Shown piece by piece: positions 11,708-24,464 of a stretch of 64,000 nucleotides of DNA. The stretch lies in NCBI RefSeq assembly GCF_055900595.2, contig NZ_CM148325.1. One strand, written 5' to 3'. Every line of letters begins with the position of its first letter. Positions within the stretch are counted from its first letter, which is position 1. A program made the position numbers and the translations under genes. The notes below the pieces were generated by a model that was not told where the DNA came from, did not search any database, and saw nothing but the letters and a program-made list of their open reading frames with translations.

Positions 11708-11974
11708 TTACATATCATCAGCTGTGTATCGCAACACGATTTCCAGTGTTTTTCTAATCACATCAGCTTTGAGAATATCACTTGTTGTTTCCAGAGAGTG
11801 TATCAGACTTAAGATAATATTTTTATTATTAACATTATCGCCTGAAAGCATTAAATTGGTCACAGCCTGCCCTAACACAGCTGACTCTTCTTCTAACAAA
11901 TTACCCGAACTGCGAAAGTAGCTTGATAACGCTTTATCAGTTATTGCATTATGAATTGTAGTATCTTCAAGCAT
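11708..11974 (-). CDS. ariR: Biofilm/acid-resistance connector AriR (YmgB)
   Basis: 88 aa, [38 protein letters not shown]... Confidence 0.9.
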   Translation of the reverse strand: MLEDTTIHNAITDKALSSYFRSSGNLLEEESAVLGQAVTNLMLSGDNVNNKNIILSLIHSLETTSDILKADVIRKTLEIVLRYTADDM

Positions 11975-12002
11975 GGTAACCTCTCATCTTACTTATGAAA
12001 TT

Positions 12003-12275
12003 TTAATGTATTCTGTTTATTTTCTTACCATTGAACATACTTTTATTGTCAGCTATCGCTGTTCTTCTGTTTGGCCCTCCTGTATCACTGTTGCTAAAAT
12101 CACGAATTATGCTGTCAATTAAATCTCGTCGGAAAGCATTTTCCTCAGCCGATTTCATTACGAGTAATTGCTTAATAAGAGTCTGCAACGAAAAATTTAT
12201 CTTCATGCGTAATATCTGGAGCACCGCCTGGCCAGTAATTTCATGTTTTATACTTTCATTATCAGATGTCTTCAT
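12003..12275 (-). CDS. ymgA: YmgA, Rcs-pathway connector
   Basis: 90 aa, MKTSDNESIKHEITGQAVLQILRMKINFSLQTLIKQLL... Confidence 0.9.
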   Translation of the reverse strand: MKTSDNESIKHEITGQAVLQILRMKINFSLQTLIKQLLVMKSAEENAFRRDLIDSIIRDFSNSDTGGPNRRTAIADNKSMFNGKKINRIH

Positions 12276-12317
12276 AACGACTTCATAGTTAATCTGTCAA
12301 ATAATCAGGCTGTCACA

Positions 12318-12554
12318 TTATTCAAAAAGCAACCCAATTAGTGAATTGTAGTGTTTCTGTTCCTCTTCCCCTGTCGCTTGCTCCAGTCGACAAAGAAGTT
12401 TGGTACAAAGCGACTTTCGACTCAGATTACGTCCATCTTTCAAAATTTCAGTCACAATTTCCCCGAGGGTTTCCTGCTGAGTAGGCAAGTTAGCTTTTGC
12501 AAAGTAACGAGTAATTGCCCCCGCAGAATCTGAAATCACTGAATTTTGCTGCAT
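12318..12554 (-). CDS. ycgZ: YcgZ
   Basis: 78 aa, MQQNSVISDSAGAITRYFAKANLPTQQETLGEIV...; first gene of the operon, divergent from bluF. Confidence 0.9.
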   Translation of the reverse strand: MQQNSVISDSAGAITRYFAKANLPTQQETLGEIVTEILKDGRNLSRKSLCTKLLCRLEQATGEEEQKHYNSLIGLLFE

Positions 12555-12867
12555 GCTACGCCTCTATTAAAAATGTTAAACGTTGTTAAGTGCAGTAACA
12601 ATAGCAAACTTGTACGAAATATGTGTACAGAATGATAAATTATTTTTTTGCAATTAGTGCTAACACCTATAAAACAATGAGATACGTAAAAATTATTTGC
12701 ATCATTTGACTGACAACTTATACAAGATTCCAAACGAACTCATCTTCAAATTTTTCTATTTTTTAACAATGTAAATAAATAGTTATGTTTTAGTATTAAA
12801 AGCAAGACACCAGAAGATATGTCTGTTACCGTCATACTCTCGCCTCGCCCATTACCCTGGACTATTA

Positions 12868-14079
12868 ATGCTTACTACCCTTATTTATCGTAGCCATATA
12901 CGTGACGACGAACCTGTCAAAAAAATCGAAGAAATGGTTTCGATAGCAAATCGCAGAAACATGCGGTCTGACGTAACAGGGATTTTACTGTTTAATGGTT
13001 CACATTTTTTTCAACTTCTGGAAGGTCCGGAAGAACAGGTTCAAATGATTTATCGGGCCATATGCCAGGATCCACGGCACTATAATATTGTTGAGCTGCT
13101 GTGCGATTACGCGCCTGCTCGCCGTTTTGGCAAAGCGGGAATGGAATTATTTGATTTGCGCCTGCACGAGCGAGATGACGTTTTACAGGCCGTATTCGAC
13201 AAAGGCACATCAAAATTTCAGCTAACTTATGATGACAGAGCGCTACAATTTTTTCGTACTTTTGTCCTTGCAACCGAACAAGCAACCTATTTCGAGATCC
13301 CTGCTGAAGACTCCTGGCTTTTTATCGCTGACGGTTCTGATAAAGAACTTGATTCCTGTACCCTTTCACCAACTATAAACGACCACTTTGCCTTTCATCC
13401 TATTGTCGATCCCTTATCGCGGCGAATAATCGCTTTTGAAGCCATTGTGCAAAAAAATGAAGATAGCCCATCAGCTATAGCGGTTGGGCAGCGTAAAGAC
13501 GGGGAAATCTACAAAGCGGATCTCAAAAGTAAGGCGCTTGCATTCGCGATGGCACACGCACTTGAGCTCGGTGATAAAATGATTTCAATCAATCTATTAC
13601 CTATGACCTTGGTTAACGAGCCTGACGCGGTCTCTTTTTTACTTGATGAAATAAAGGCCAATGGTTTGGTGCCTGAACAAATTATCGTGGAATTTACTGA
13701 AAGTGAGGTCATATCTCGGTTTGATGAATTTGCCGATGCTGTTAAATCACTTAAGGCTACCGGTATGAGTGTAGCAATTGACCATTTTGGCACAGGTTTT
13801 GCCGGTTTGTTACTCCTGTCACGCTTCCAGCCTGATAGAATTAAAATCAGTCAGGAATTGATTACCAATGTTCATAAAAGCGGGCCTCGGCAGGCAATTA
13901 TTCAGGCGATCATAAAATGCTGTACATCACTTGAAATTCAAGTCTCTGCTATGGGTGTGGCAACACCAGAAGAGTGGATGTGGCTTGAATCTGCAGGAAT
14001 TGAGATGTTTCAGGGAGATCTGTTTGCCAAAGCTAAATTGAATGGTATCCCTTCAGTTGCGTGGCCGGAGAAAAAATAA
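12868..14079 (+). CDS. bluF: Blue-light sensor BLUF-EAL protein BluF (YcgF)
   Basis: 403 aa; N-terminal BLUF domain (LIYRSHIRDDEP...GILLFNGSHFFQLLEGPEEQV) and degenerate EAL C-terminus. Confidence 0.92.
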   Translation: MLTTLIYRSHIRDDEPVKKIEEMVSIANRRNMRSDVTGILLFNGSHFFQLLEGPEEQVQMIYRAICQDPRHYNIVELLCDYAPARRFGKAGMELFDLRLHERDDVLQAVFDKGTSKFQLTYDDRALQFFRTFVLATEQATYFEIPAEDSWLFIADGSDKELDSCTLSPTINDHFAFHPIVDPLSRRIIAFEAIVQKNEDSPSAIAVGQRKDGEIYKADLKSKALAFAMAHALELGDKMISINLLPMTLVNEPDAVSFLLDEIKANGLVPEQIIVEFTESEVISRFDEFADAVKSLKATGMSVAIDHFGTGFAGLLLLSRFQPDRIKISQELITNVHKSGPRQAIIQAIIKCCTSLEIQVSAMGVATPEEWMWLESAGIEMFQGDLFAKAKLNGIPSVAWPEKK

Positions 14080-14283
14080 TTTTCAGCACATTATTTCACA
14101 TGATTTCTGGAAATCATCGTGAAAATGAATACGTTATGTTTTAATTTAATCCACATTAAAAATAATGTTTTATCCAATTTAGCTGAAATCTTATTTATAC
14201 TTTGTACAATTTTAGCGTATATTGTACAAAGTATTATTGGGTCGTGTACAGGCGACGGAGATTTATGAGCGCAAGGAGGAATT

Positions 14284-15015
14284 GTGGCTTATTACAGCAT
14301 TGGTGATGTTGCTGAACGTTGCGGGATTAATCCTGTCACTCTCCGGGCCTGGCAACGCCGCTACGGTTTGTTAAAACCACAGCGCAGTGAAGGCGGACAC
14401 CGACTCTTTGATGAAGAAGACATACAACGCATCGAAGAGATCAAGCGTTGGATAAGTAATGGCGTCCCTGTAGGCAAAGTTAAAGCATTACTGGAAACCA
14501 CCAGCCAGGATACGGAAGATGACTGGAGCCGCCTGCAAGAAGAAATGATGTCAATTCTTCGTATGGCTAATCCTGCCAAACTACGCGCGAGAATTATTTC
14601 ACTGGGTCGAGAGTACCCGGTAGATCAATTGATTAATCATGTTTACCTTCCTGTTCGTCAGCGTCTCGTGCTTGATCACAACACCTCCCGCATTATGAGC
14701 AGTATATTTGACGGCGCATTAATTGAATACGCAGCAGCCTCACTTTTCGAAATGCGCCGTAAGCCCGGTAAAGAAGCCATTCTAATGGCGTGGAATGTTG
14801 AAGAGAGAGCACGATTGTGGCTGGAAGCATGGCGTTTATCATTGTCAGGATGGCATATTTCTGTCCTTGCTGATCCCATTGAATCGCCGCGCCCGGAACT
14901 GTTCCCGACGCAAACATTGATTGTCTGGACAGGCATGGCACCAACGAGAAGGCAAAACGAACTTTTACAACACTGGGGTGAGCAAGGTTATAACGTCATC
15001 TTTCATGCCCCCTAA
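14284..15015 (+). CDS. bluR: MerR-family repressor BluR (YcgE)
   Basis: 243 aa, MerR HTH at N-terminus ([30 protein letters not shown]); GTG start. Confidence 0.9.
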   Translation: MAYYSIGDVAERCGINPVTLRAWQRRYGLLKPQRSEGGHRLFDEEDIQRIEEIKRWISNGVPVGKVKALLETTSQDTEDDWSRLQEEMMSILRMANPAKLRARIISLGREYPVDQLINHVYLPVRQRLVLDHNTSRIMSSIFDGALIEYAAASLFEMRRKPGKEAILMAWNVEERARLWLEAWRLSLSGWHISVLADPIESPRPELFPTQTLIVWTGMAPTRRQNELLQHWGEQGYNVIFHAP

Positions 15016-15235
15016 TTTCACCTTTATCCCGCCCCTTAGACAGAATCTTATAATCTGAACCCACAACAGCGTTTGTACCGGAGCTGATCCGTTGCAAAAT
15101 GCTCACCGGGAGAATTCAGGTAACCCCCCTTTCACACTTTGTACATATCACAGCCAAAGGACAGACCAGCTTGAAGTGAGAAAACCGATCGTGCACACTA
15201 CGCACTCTCACAACTAACAAAAGGTTATTATCCTG

Positions 15236-15640
15236 ATGGATCAGGTCGTTGTTTTTCAAAAGATGTTTGAAAAAGTGAGAAAAGAGCAAAACTTTTCCTG
15301 GTTTTATTCAGAGTTAAAACATCACCGTATTGTGCATTACATTTATTATCTGGCTACGGATAACATCAGAATTATTACTCACGATGAAACAGTTTTGTTA
15401 TTAAGAGGAAACCGTAGCCTGTTAAAAGTCAGTACAACCAAAAACCCAGAAAAAATTAAAGAGGCGGCATTGCTTCATATTTCTGGGAACTCTACATTTT
15501 GGGAGTATTGTACAACACTGGCAAGTGCTGGCGTTTTCCGCTGGGTAACCGATGTTAATAACAATAAACGCGGCTACTACTCTATTGATAATACGCTGTT
15601 GTATGTTGAAGATGTGGAAAATAACAAGCCATTAATCTAG
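15236..15640 (+). CDS. ycgX: YcgX (DUF1398 family)
   Basis: 134 aa, MDQVVVFQKMFEKVRKEQNFSWFYSELKHHRIVHYIYYL... Confidence 0.85.
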   Translation: MDQVVVFQKMFEKVRKEQNFSWFYSELKHHRIVHYIYYLATDNIRIITHDETVLLLRGNRSLLKVSTTKNPEKIKEAALLHISGNSTFWEYCTTLASAGVFRWVTDVNNNKRGYYSIDNTLLYVEDVENNKPLI

Positions 15641-15832
15641 CAAAGTTTTAACACATAAGAGATCTATCATAATTCAGTAAAATAACAAAAAAGAGGACTT
15701 TCTATGACTTATCAGAACTCCCTTTTTATTGTTATCCATAATTGTTCAGCCGACCAATTCTATAAATCTGACATTTGACACGCCTCCTTTGCCGTTCTGA
15801 TACGTTACTTTTCTTGCAGCTATCAAACCCAC

Positions 15833-15915
15833 AAATACAACGGGCGTGTTATATGCCCGTTCAGTACTTAATAGGTATAGCGTTAACATATTCTTGATAG
15901 CATGTACTGCATACC
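15833..15915 (-). other. icd 3'-end remnant (icdC-like att-site copy: terminator hairpin plus last codons of icd)
   Basis: acaacgggcgtgttatatgcccgtt ... aacatattcttgat closely matches the icd terminator and last codons at 22143..22214; the minus strand reads ...AIKNML* versus icd ...AIIKNM*. Confidence 0.7.
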
Positions 15916-16470
15916 TCCTGCCTTAGAATTATCTCCGGCTAACTCCACCAAACATGGCTGAACACAGCCAGATAAGAACGCTTGCGCGCATCTGGATATC
16001 ATACCGCTGCTGGAACTGTTTCTTAATCATCCTACCTTATTCGACCTATTCGTTACTGGCCATTATGAAGGACGCAAAGTAAGCGCTTTTTATGCGTTTT
16101 GGCTTAGTTATTATCACGTTACCTTAATATTATCAGGAACGAGTTAACGCTGCTCATAACGGTCAAACCGATACTATAAAGCCCAATAATTGAAACCTTT
16201 TCATCATGTCAGGAAGATAGTCATCCTTATGATCTTTATATAAAAAAGCCAACCATGGGGTTGGCAAAGTGGCACAAACCAGCATAAAAGCTATGCTTTG
16301 TTTACAAATCTTCTTTGAATTAAATATATATCGTCCTGACTAAACAGAACTATAACGGAATGAATTATTTAATCATATTACTAAATTTCATTTTGTTTAG
16401 CCTCTGTTGAGATCCCTTGTTTTAAATTTCATTTAGATAAAATTCTTAATTAAATCCTTGGGAGTCAATT

Positions 16471-16731
16471 ATGTCTATGCAAAGTCAAGGAATGAACTTT
16501 GAAATGAACCTATACGCATATTTGAATAAATATGATAGTCGGCTTTCAGAAGAAAAACTTGCAATTGATAAGGCAGTTAGAGATTTATATCTTTACAACG
16601 AACACGTGGATAACAAGAGCATTATACTGAAATTGCTTTCATTTTTATCATCTGCTGATGACATTGTTGAAAAAGATATTATCAGGAATGCTTTGGAAGT
16701 GGTGCTTATTTTTACATTAGACGATATTTAA
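16471..16731 (+). CDS. AriR/YmgB-family paralog (small connector-type regulator)
   Basis: 86 aa; ...DNKSIILKLLSFLSSADDIVEKDIIRNALEVVLIFTLDDI aligns with AriR ...[40 protein letters not shown] in this same window. Confidence 0.7.
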   Translation: MSMQSQGMNFEMNLYAYLNKYDSRLSEEKLAIDKAVRDLYLYNEHVDNKSIILKLLSFLSSADDIVEKDIIRNALEVVLIFTLDDI

Positions 16732-16966
16732 GTCATCTCAGGAGTTTTAATACACGAAGAGTGCCCGGATACTAGCGATTATATTCATATTTAATTATTA
16801 GTGCGGGGAAAGAGATTATGCATTGGCATATTTCTCTAACGTCCGTGATAGAAAAAAACTTTAAATATAAATAAAGAACAAACCACCTTTGCATTCAACC
16901 TCATCTGAGCTGAATATATTGATATTCTTTATCAACATCATTGGAACAGAAGAATAAGGCGAAGAA

Positions 16967-17290
16967 ATGAAGTGTATAGTAATTGATACTGTAATACAAC
17001 CTTCGTGTGGTATATATTTTTCAGTCATATGGAGCGATATGAAAATGATCATTTGGTATCGTTCAAATATATTTATCCCACCTGGCAGCATATTTACAGT
17101 TATTAAGTCAGGTATTATACTCGAGGATAAAGAATATCCGATCAGTATTTTTAACGTGGCGCTATTCAACAAAAACTTATGGAATTTAATCAAAAATAGT
17201 CAAGAGTGTCCTACAGAATCAAACAAAATTACGAATAAATGCCTGCATAAGAATTGCATTATGCAAATATGTCCACATGGTCTCAAGTAA
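16967..17290 (+). CDS. iraM: IraM-like anti-adaptor (RssB inhibitor family)
   Basis: 107 aa, MKCIVIDTVIQPSCGIYFSVIWSDMKMIIWY...SQECPTESNKITNKCLH...CPHGLK; length and Cys pattern match IraM; diverged from the K-12 sequence as I remember it. Confidence 0.7.
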   Translation: MKCIVIDTVIQPSCGIYFSVIWSDMKMIIWYRSNIFIPPGSIFTVIKSGIILEDKEYPISIFNVALFNKNLWNLIKNSQECPTESNKITNKCLHKNCIMQICPHGLK

Positions 17291-18024
17291 TGGGGGTTAT
17301 TTAACCTTCCCTATATGCTATAGATAAATCTACCAAAAACTGCCCCTTCGTAGAGGGGCGCTATGATTTTGTTTTATTTGAAGGCATGGTACTGAATGTA
17401 TTCGTTGAATCCAGATTCAACACCTGAAGCTGCACTAAACCCATAATACTTGTTTCTGGTTCCTCTACCGAGTGGTCAAACAATGATATGTATGTGACGT
17501 CAGAGTTTATATTTTTAGTGTTTAATGCTATTAATTTAACGTAGTTACCTATCTTTTTTCTACCTTCTGAACTAACCTTAGGTTTCAACGTAACCGGCAG
17601 GAGGGGCTATCCCCAATCTTAAATTTTGCTGCCCGATTTGCTCAAGCCAAAGTTTTAATTTTACAACCTATAAACCTGAGTTAAATCAACCTCATGGTGC
17701 TGTCTTTTCCCGCTGTGGAACAAGACTCACTGCAACATCTTGCATTCCTAAACTTCGCAGAAGGCGATGGGCAAAAACTGTACTGTAATGTTATTTCGAT
17801 GTCTCTTATGGTAAATAGGAGGCGTCGAGGCTAAGTGAGTAGCCTGCTTGCTTCTCAAGCCTGGATACTATCAGCATTCACGTCAGATGAAATGATGATA
17901 TTTCGCGTAAGAAAGAGGCATTTTTTTATCAACTTCACATCGGAGATGGTAATAATCCTATGGGTCCAGTCCATATGAGGGGGTCAACATACTATAAAAT
18001 TCACAATCATAAATTAACTATATA

Positions 18025-19482
18025 TCAAGAACGCCAAAAAAATCCTGAAAATAGTATAATAACAGGGTAAATTTCAAGTCGACCAAGAATCATAGCAATA
18101 CACATGAGATATTTTGCAATATCATTAAGAACACCGAATGAGGATGCGGTAGCCCCAAAACCCAGCCCCATATTATTAATGCATGCAGCGACTGTCGCAA
18201 ATGATGTAAGGAAATCATATCCCATACCGTTTAGCACCAGTATAAAAAACACTGTAAAGAAAGTATAAAGAAAAAAGAAACTCCATACAGACCTCATTAC
18301 GCGGTCTGTAACAATCTTCCCTCCTACATTTACACTAAGCAATGCTCTGGGATGAGAAAGCTGATTTATTTCGTGTTTACTTTGTTTAAAAAGTATAAGA
18401 AATCTAAGTGATTTAATTCCGCCGCACGTTGAGCCTATACATCCCCCAAAAAAACTTGACAGCAGCAAAAAAACTATCGTATGTGTGGGCCAGTTTGAAT
18501 AATCCTGCGTAGCTAAACCATTATCAGTGAGCATGGAGCTAGCAAGAAAAAACGAATGAACAACACTTCCAGTTAAGTCATACATACCTATATGCCAGAC
18601 CTGGAAAGAGGTAACAATGATAACACCTGAAGCTATTAACAAAAAGAAACGAAGTTCAACATCTCTGAGTAAGGGTTTTATTGTTTTCCTGCTTATAACA
18701 ACATACCAAAGAGTGAAGTTGAAAGCCGATAACAGAGAAAAAGAGCCCGCCACCAGTTCAATCAAATAATTATTGAAATAACCGATACTCTCACTATGAG
18801 TTGAAAAACCGCCAAGAGAAACTGTAGAAAGTCCATGACAAATAGCATCAAACAACGGCATTCCTGCAAGTCGATAACAAACAATACAGGCAATGCCTAA
18901 TAAAGAATAAGTTATCCAAAGTGTCCGCGACGTATCAGCCAAGCGTGGAGTCAGTTTGTCATCCTTAAATGGTCCTGGCATTTCTGACTGATAAAGTTTT
19001 GCACCACCAATACCCAATAATGGCAACACAGCAACTGCCAGAACAATAACCCCTAAACCGCCTATAAAATTTAATTGTGACCGGTAGAACAAATATGCCC
19101 GAGATAATGAACTGACATCATCAATTACTGTTGCTCCTGTTGTTGTTATTCCGGAAACCCCTTCAAACAGCGCGTCAGCAAACGTTAAATTAAGCTCTGA
19201 ATCAATCCATAATGGAAATGCGCTAATAATAGAAAATAAAATCCAAAACATTACAATTATAATAAACCCATCACGGGTGCGTAATTGAATGCCAGATTTT
19301 TTAGTGGTATACCACGCTCCGCCACCAATACAAAAAAATATAACAAAAGTAATAAAAAAAACGAACAAGCTTTTTTCTTTATAAAACAATGCTACAACCA
19401 TTGGTGGTAACATTGAAAGACTATAGAGCCAGACCAAGAACCCACACATATGAGTTACAACTCTTACATGAGATGTATTCAT
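18025..19482 (-). CDS. trkG: TrkH/TrkG-family K+ uptake membrane protein (TrkG-like)
   Basis: ORF 18025..19500; 485 aa from MNTSHVRVVTHMCGFLVWLYSL...; multi-TM with TrkH signatures FEGVSGITTTGATV, YQSEMPGPFKDDKL, GRLEIY. Confidence 0.85.
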   Translation of the reverse strand: MNTSHVRVVTHMCGFLVWLYSLSMLPPMVVALFYKEKSLFVFFITFVIFFCIGGGAWYTTKKSGIQLRTRDGFIIIVMFWILFSIISAFPLWIDSELNLTFADALFEGVSGITTTGATVIDDVSSLSRAYLFYRSQLNFIGGLGVIVLAVAVLPLLGIGGAKLYQSEMPGPFKDDKLTPRLADTSRTLWITYSLLGIACIVCYRLAGMPLFDAICHGLSTVSLGGFSTHSESIGYFNNYLIELVAGSFSLLSAFNFTLWYVVISRKTIKPLLRDVELRFFLLIASGVIIVTSFQVWHIGMYDLTGSVVHSFFLASSMLTDNGLATQDYSNWPTHTIVFLLLSSFFGGCIGSTCGGIKSLRFLILFKQSKHEINQLSHPRALLSVNVGGKIVTDRVMRSVWSFFFLYTFFTVFFILVLNGMGYDFLTSFATVAACINNMGLGFGATASSFGVLNDIAKYLMCIAMILGRLEIYPVIILFSGFFWRS

Positions 19483-20435
19483 ATCCAAATGTTCTTTCAA
19501 TTATAACCACCTTACTGCAATGTCATGATTATACTGTATAAATTTTAACTCTTCTTAGATCTTACTTCACTGGTCCTTATGAAACAATCAGCAAAATGAA
19601 TCTTATTATAACACTGTTCGGTTATGTATTGTTGAGCCTTCCCGCTGGGCCTGCATCATTACAAGTCGCTCCCTATGGGGCTTTGTCGAATAAATAATTT
19701 TTCGGTAAGTATCCCCCTGAGCAGGTTGTATCTTCAGGCAGTATGAACACTTTCTGGCATACCTACCTTCGTCATTATGTTCAGCGTATGCACCATGACC
19801 AAAGCCTCTGCAACCGGCCTATCATAATCTAGCAGCATCAGAGAACCTCAGAATAACTGTTTTACCCTGTACATTGCCGTTTCCGCTATTGAGCGACGAT
19901 TGTAATCTTTTGTCCATTTTCACCGGGAATTACCCTCGGTCAATCGCTGATACGCGACTGCACAGTTACGGTCGGCATACTCACCGGGCCAGTAACCCGC
20001 TCCTTTTTGGGGTGGGATGAGCGCGCTGATTTTCACACGGCGCAGCTGCTCGTAACAGAGCCGAGAGGCGTAAACTCCGTCTGCTGCTGTCCTGATTTTT
20101 TGATGGGTTTGCCGGATTAATCCGGCTACACCTCTACATCCGTTACGCTGAATGCTGAGGTCGCCCTTGGGAAGAAGGCATTGCTGACTTATACCAATCC
20201 GAAATCACCTCCTCGTGCAACCAGACAGGGAGGGGCCTCGGTTGATAAGAGCTCTGTTATTGATGTGCCAGTTGGTGATTCTAACTTTTGCTTTGTAACG
20301 GGACGAGCCGTGTTGGCAGATGATGTGTGGTCTGATCCTTAAACTCAGTAAAAGTACGATTTATTCAAAAAAGCCCCTCCACTATGATTTCGATTTAAGG
20401 GGCTGATGATTATGTAACGCGAATTTACCGGATCC

Positions 20436-21821
<1,386 letters not shown>

Positions 21822-22189
21822 TCAGGGGGGTTGATATTCCGGATCGTGCCGTGTTTGCCCACGGCTCCCCCTGGAGAGCTGCAGACCTGTTTATTTAACT
21901 CGCACAGCGCCGGGGCCTGTCAGCAAACAGGGAGCATAACCGTCGTGCCATTAAACGCCAGACGGGAGATCATTATTATTTTATTAATACAGATCCGTTG
22001 CATTCCGGTCTTTACCGCAGTTTAAAAGAAAAGAGAATAGGGACTTAGGCAGTAGAGCAGTCATTGGACAGACCACACTACCCCAAACTAGCAGGGGAGT
22101 TTTGATAAAATTTTGATAACCGTTAGCATGCTAACAAAAAAACAACGGGCGTGTTATACGCCCGTTTCAATATTTAACACATGTAGTGA

Positions 22190-23440
22190 TTACATATTCT
22201 TGATGATCGCGTCACCAAACTCTGAACATTTCAGCAGTTTAGCGCCTTCCATCAGACGCTCGAAGTCATAGGTTACGGTCTTCGCGTTAATCGCGCCTTC
22301 CATACCTTTAACAATCAGATCTGCGGCTTCAGTCCAGCCCATATGGCGTAACATCATCTCAGCGGAGAGGATGATAGAGCCTGGGTTAACTTTGTCCTGA
22401 CCAGCATACTTCGGCGCAGTACCGTGGGTGGCTTCAAACAGCGCGCATTCGTCACCGATGTTTGCGCCTGGGGCGATACCGATACCGCCAACCTGCGCTG
22501 CCAGAGCATCAGAAATGTAGTCACCGTTGAGGTTCATACAGGCGATAACGTCGTATTCAGCCGGACGCAGCAGGATCTGTTGCAGGAATGCGTCAGCAAT
22601 CACGTCTTTAATAACGATCTCTTTGCCGGTGTTCGGGTTTTTGACTTTCAGCCACGGGCCGCCGTCGATCAGTTCACCGCCAAACTCTTCACGCGCCAGC
22701 TGGTAACCCCAGTCTTTAAACGCGCCTTCGGTGAACTTCATGATGTTACCTTTGTGCACCAGGGTCACAGAGTCACGGTCGTTAGCAATTGCGTATTCGA
22801 TCGCGGCACGAACCAGACGTTTGGTGCCCTCTTCAGAACACGGCTTAATACCGATACCGCAATGTTCCGGGAAGCGAATTTTCTTCACACCCATCTCTTC
22901 ACGCAGGAATTTAATCACTTTCTCAGCGTCGGCAGAGTCAGCTTTCCATTCGATACCCGCATAAATATCTTCCGAGTTTTCACGGAAGATAACCATATCG
23001 GTCAGTTCAGGATGTTTAACCGGGCTTGGGGTGCCCTGATAGTAACGTACCGGACGCAGGCAGATGTAGAGATCCAGTTCCTGGCGCAGAGCTACGTTGA
23101 GAGAACGAATACCGCCGCCAACCGGAGTGGTCAGAGGGCCTTTAATGGCAACGCGATATTCACGAATCAGATCAAGGGTTTCAGCAGGCAGCCAGACGTC
23201 CTGACCATAAACCTGTGTGGATTTTTCACCGGTGTAAATTTCCATCCAGGAGATTTTACGCTCGCCTTTATAGGCTTTCTCGACTGCAGCGTCGACCACT
23301 TTCAGCATGGCTGGGGTTACATCTACACCGATTCCATCACCTTCAATGTAAGGGATAATCGGATTTTCAGGAACGTTGAGTTTGCCGTTTTGCAGGGTGA
23401 TCTTCTTGCCTTGTGCCGGAACAACTACTTTACTTTCCAT
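22190..23440 (-). CDS. icd: Isocitrate dehydrogenase (NADP)
   Basis: 416 aa, [45 protein letters not shown]...; ends ...FGDAIIKNM followed by a terminator hairpin. Confidence 0.97.
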   Translation of the reverse strand: MESKVVVPAQGKKITLQNGKLNVPENPIIPYIEGDGIGVDVTPAMLKVVDAAVEKAYKGERKISWMEIYTGEKSTQVYGQDVWLPAETLDLIREYRVAIKGPLTTPVGGGIRSLNVALRQELDLYICLRPVRYYQGTPSPVKHPELTDMVIFRENSEDIYAGIEWKADSADAEKVIKFLREEMGVKKIRFPEHCGIGIKPCSEEGTKRLVRAAIEYAIANDRDSVTLVHKGNIMKFTEGAFKDWGYQLAREEFGGELIDGGPWLKVKNPNTGKEIVIKDVIADAFLQQILLRPAEYDVIACMNLNGDYISDALAAQVGGIGIAPGANIGDECALFEATHGTAPKYAGQDKVNPGSIILSAEMMLRHMGWTEAADLIVKGMEGAINAKTVTYDFERLMEGAKLLKCSEFGDAIIKNM

Positions 23441-23641
23441 TCACCTCTCCTTCGAGCGCTACTGGTTTGCTCGTCTGCCACCACGTTGCATATGCGTTTG
23501 CGTCCTGCGATACGGATGCGTTAGAGCAATTTTTTGTTAATGATTTGTAATTGGCTTGTCAATACTACCCTATTGTTTGCCGTCATGAAAGATGCGCGTT
23601 ATTAGGCTATAATGCGGCAATTCATAATCTCTGAAAATACC

Positions 23642-23758
23642 ATGCAAAAAACTTCTTTTAGACCAAAGACAGTATTTTACCAGCCTTCAAATAAAATATT
23701 AAATATCAATTATTTACACCAGATTTTAAGCAATAACAAAACCACCAGAGATAACTAA
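23642..23758 (+). other. Short ORF (38 aa) that looks like a displaced rluE 5' end
   Basis: MQKTSFRPKTVFYQ... starts at the usual distance from the divergent icd promoter, after a tataat box; taccatg...cttcttttaga recurs at the rluE start near 26391..26438. Confidence 0.4.
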
Positions 23759-23890
23759 CAGGGTGCTATTTGGTCAAAATTTGACATTACTCGATTCAGC
23801 GACTAACTCACTTTGAGCACTATTGGGAAAATTATCAAAAGTCATGGTTGAAGCGACAAGCAACGAGTAAATTATGGCATCCACCCTTTT

Positions 23891-23971
23891 TGAGGTTCAC
23901 ATGAAACGCTTTGCACTGATAGCTGTGACACTCGTTGCCTTTACTGGTTCTGCTGCAACCGAAGAAATCAA
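23891..23971 (+). CDS. 26-codon ORF encoding a signal-peptide-like peptide
   Basis: gagg RBS 6 nt upstream; MKRFALIAVTLVAFTGSAATEEINFK*; too short to be a mature secreted protein, possibly truncated. Confidence 0.3.
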
Positions 23972-24014
23972 CTTCAAGTAACAGAAACACCATATAACAA
24001 TGGAGTGTTGAAAA

Positions 24015-24464
24015 ATGGATACTACCGAAGAACGCAATGGAACATATTTCTACAGAGGACACCCGAACCTGTCCAAAATAGAACTACTCAACGTCATATT
24101 CCTTGAAGAATTCTGTAAGGAATTGGGGATTGATTCGGTATCAGGTGCAGCAATCTTATCTGGTCAACCGTGGCTGGGTACAAGAGCGAAGCCGCAAGGG
24201 GCAACCCTGGGAACAAGTGTTGTCTCAAAGTATGCGCGTATACTGATGAGAGATGCACGCATGCCTTTTGGTATTTCTGTTCATACACCAGTGGGTGTAA
24301 GGATGCAGAAATCTAATAAGCTTGCTGCAATTATCGCTCGTTGGGTCCCGTGGATTGGTTGGGCTTCACTGTCGATGAGTCTTTACAGGGTTTCGACTCG
24401 TACCCAGGAAAAATACAATCTGATTGCCAAACCTCAAGACCGTATTAAGTGGACTTCCTTCTAA
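24015..24464 (+). CDS. Hypothetical 149-aa protein, first of an overlapping two-gene module
   Basis: ggag RBS about 9 nt upstream; in-frame stop immediately upstream; MDTTEERNGTYFYRGHPNLSKIELLNVIFLEEF... with a hydrophobic stretch LAAIIARWVPWIGWASLSMSLY. Confidence 0.5.
   Translation: MDTTEERNGTYFYRGHPNLSKIELLNVIFLEEFCKELGIDSVSGAAILSGQPWLGTRAKPQGATLGTSVVSKYARILMRDARMPFGISVHTPVGVRMQKSNKLAAIIARWVPWIGWASLSMSLYRVSTRTQEKYNLIAKPQDRIKWTSF

Noticed and set aside
17361-17588. 75-aa minus-strand ORF between iraM-like and trkG
   Set aside because: No RBS or homology I can recognise; kept only as context for the conserved 40-bp element.
22424-23524. 366-aa plus-strand ORF
   Set aside because: Entirely antisense to icd, whose identity is certain; low-complexity translation typical of a shadow ORF.
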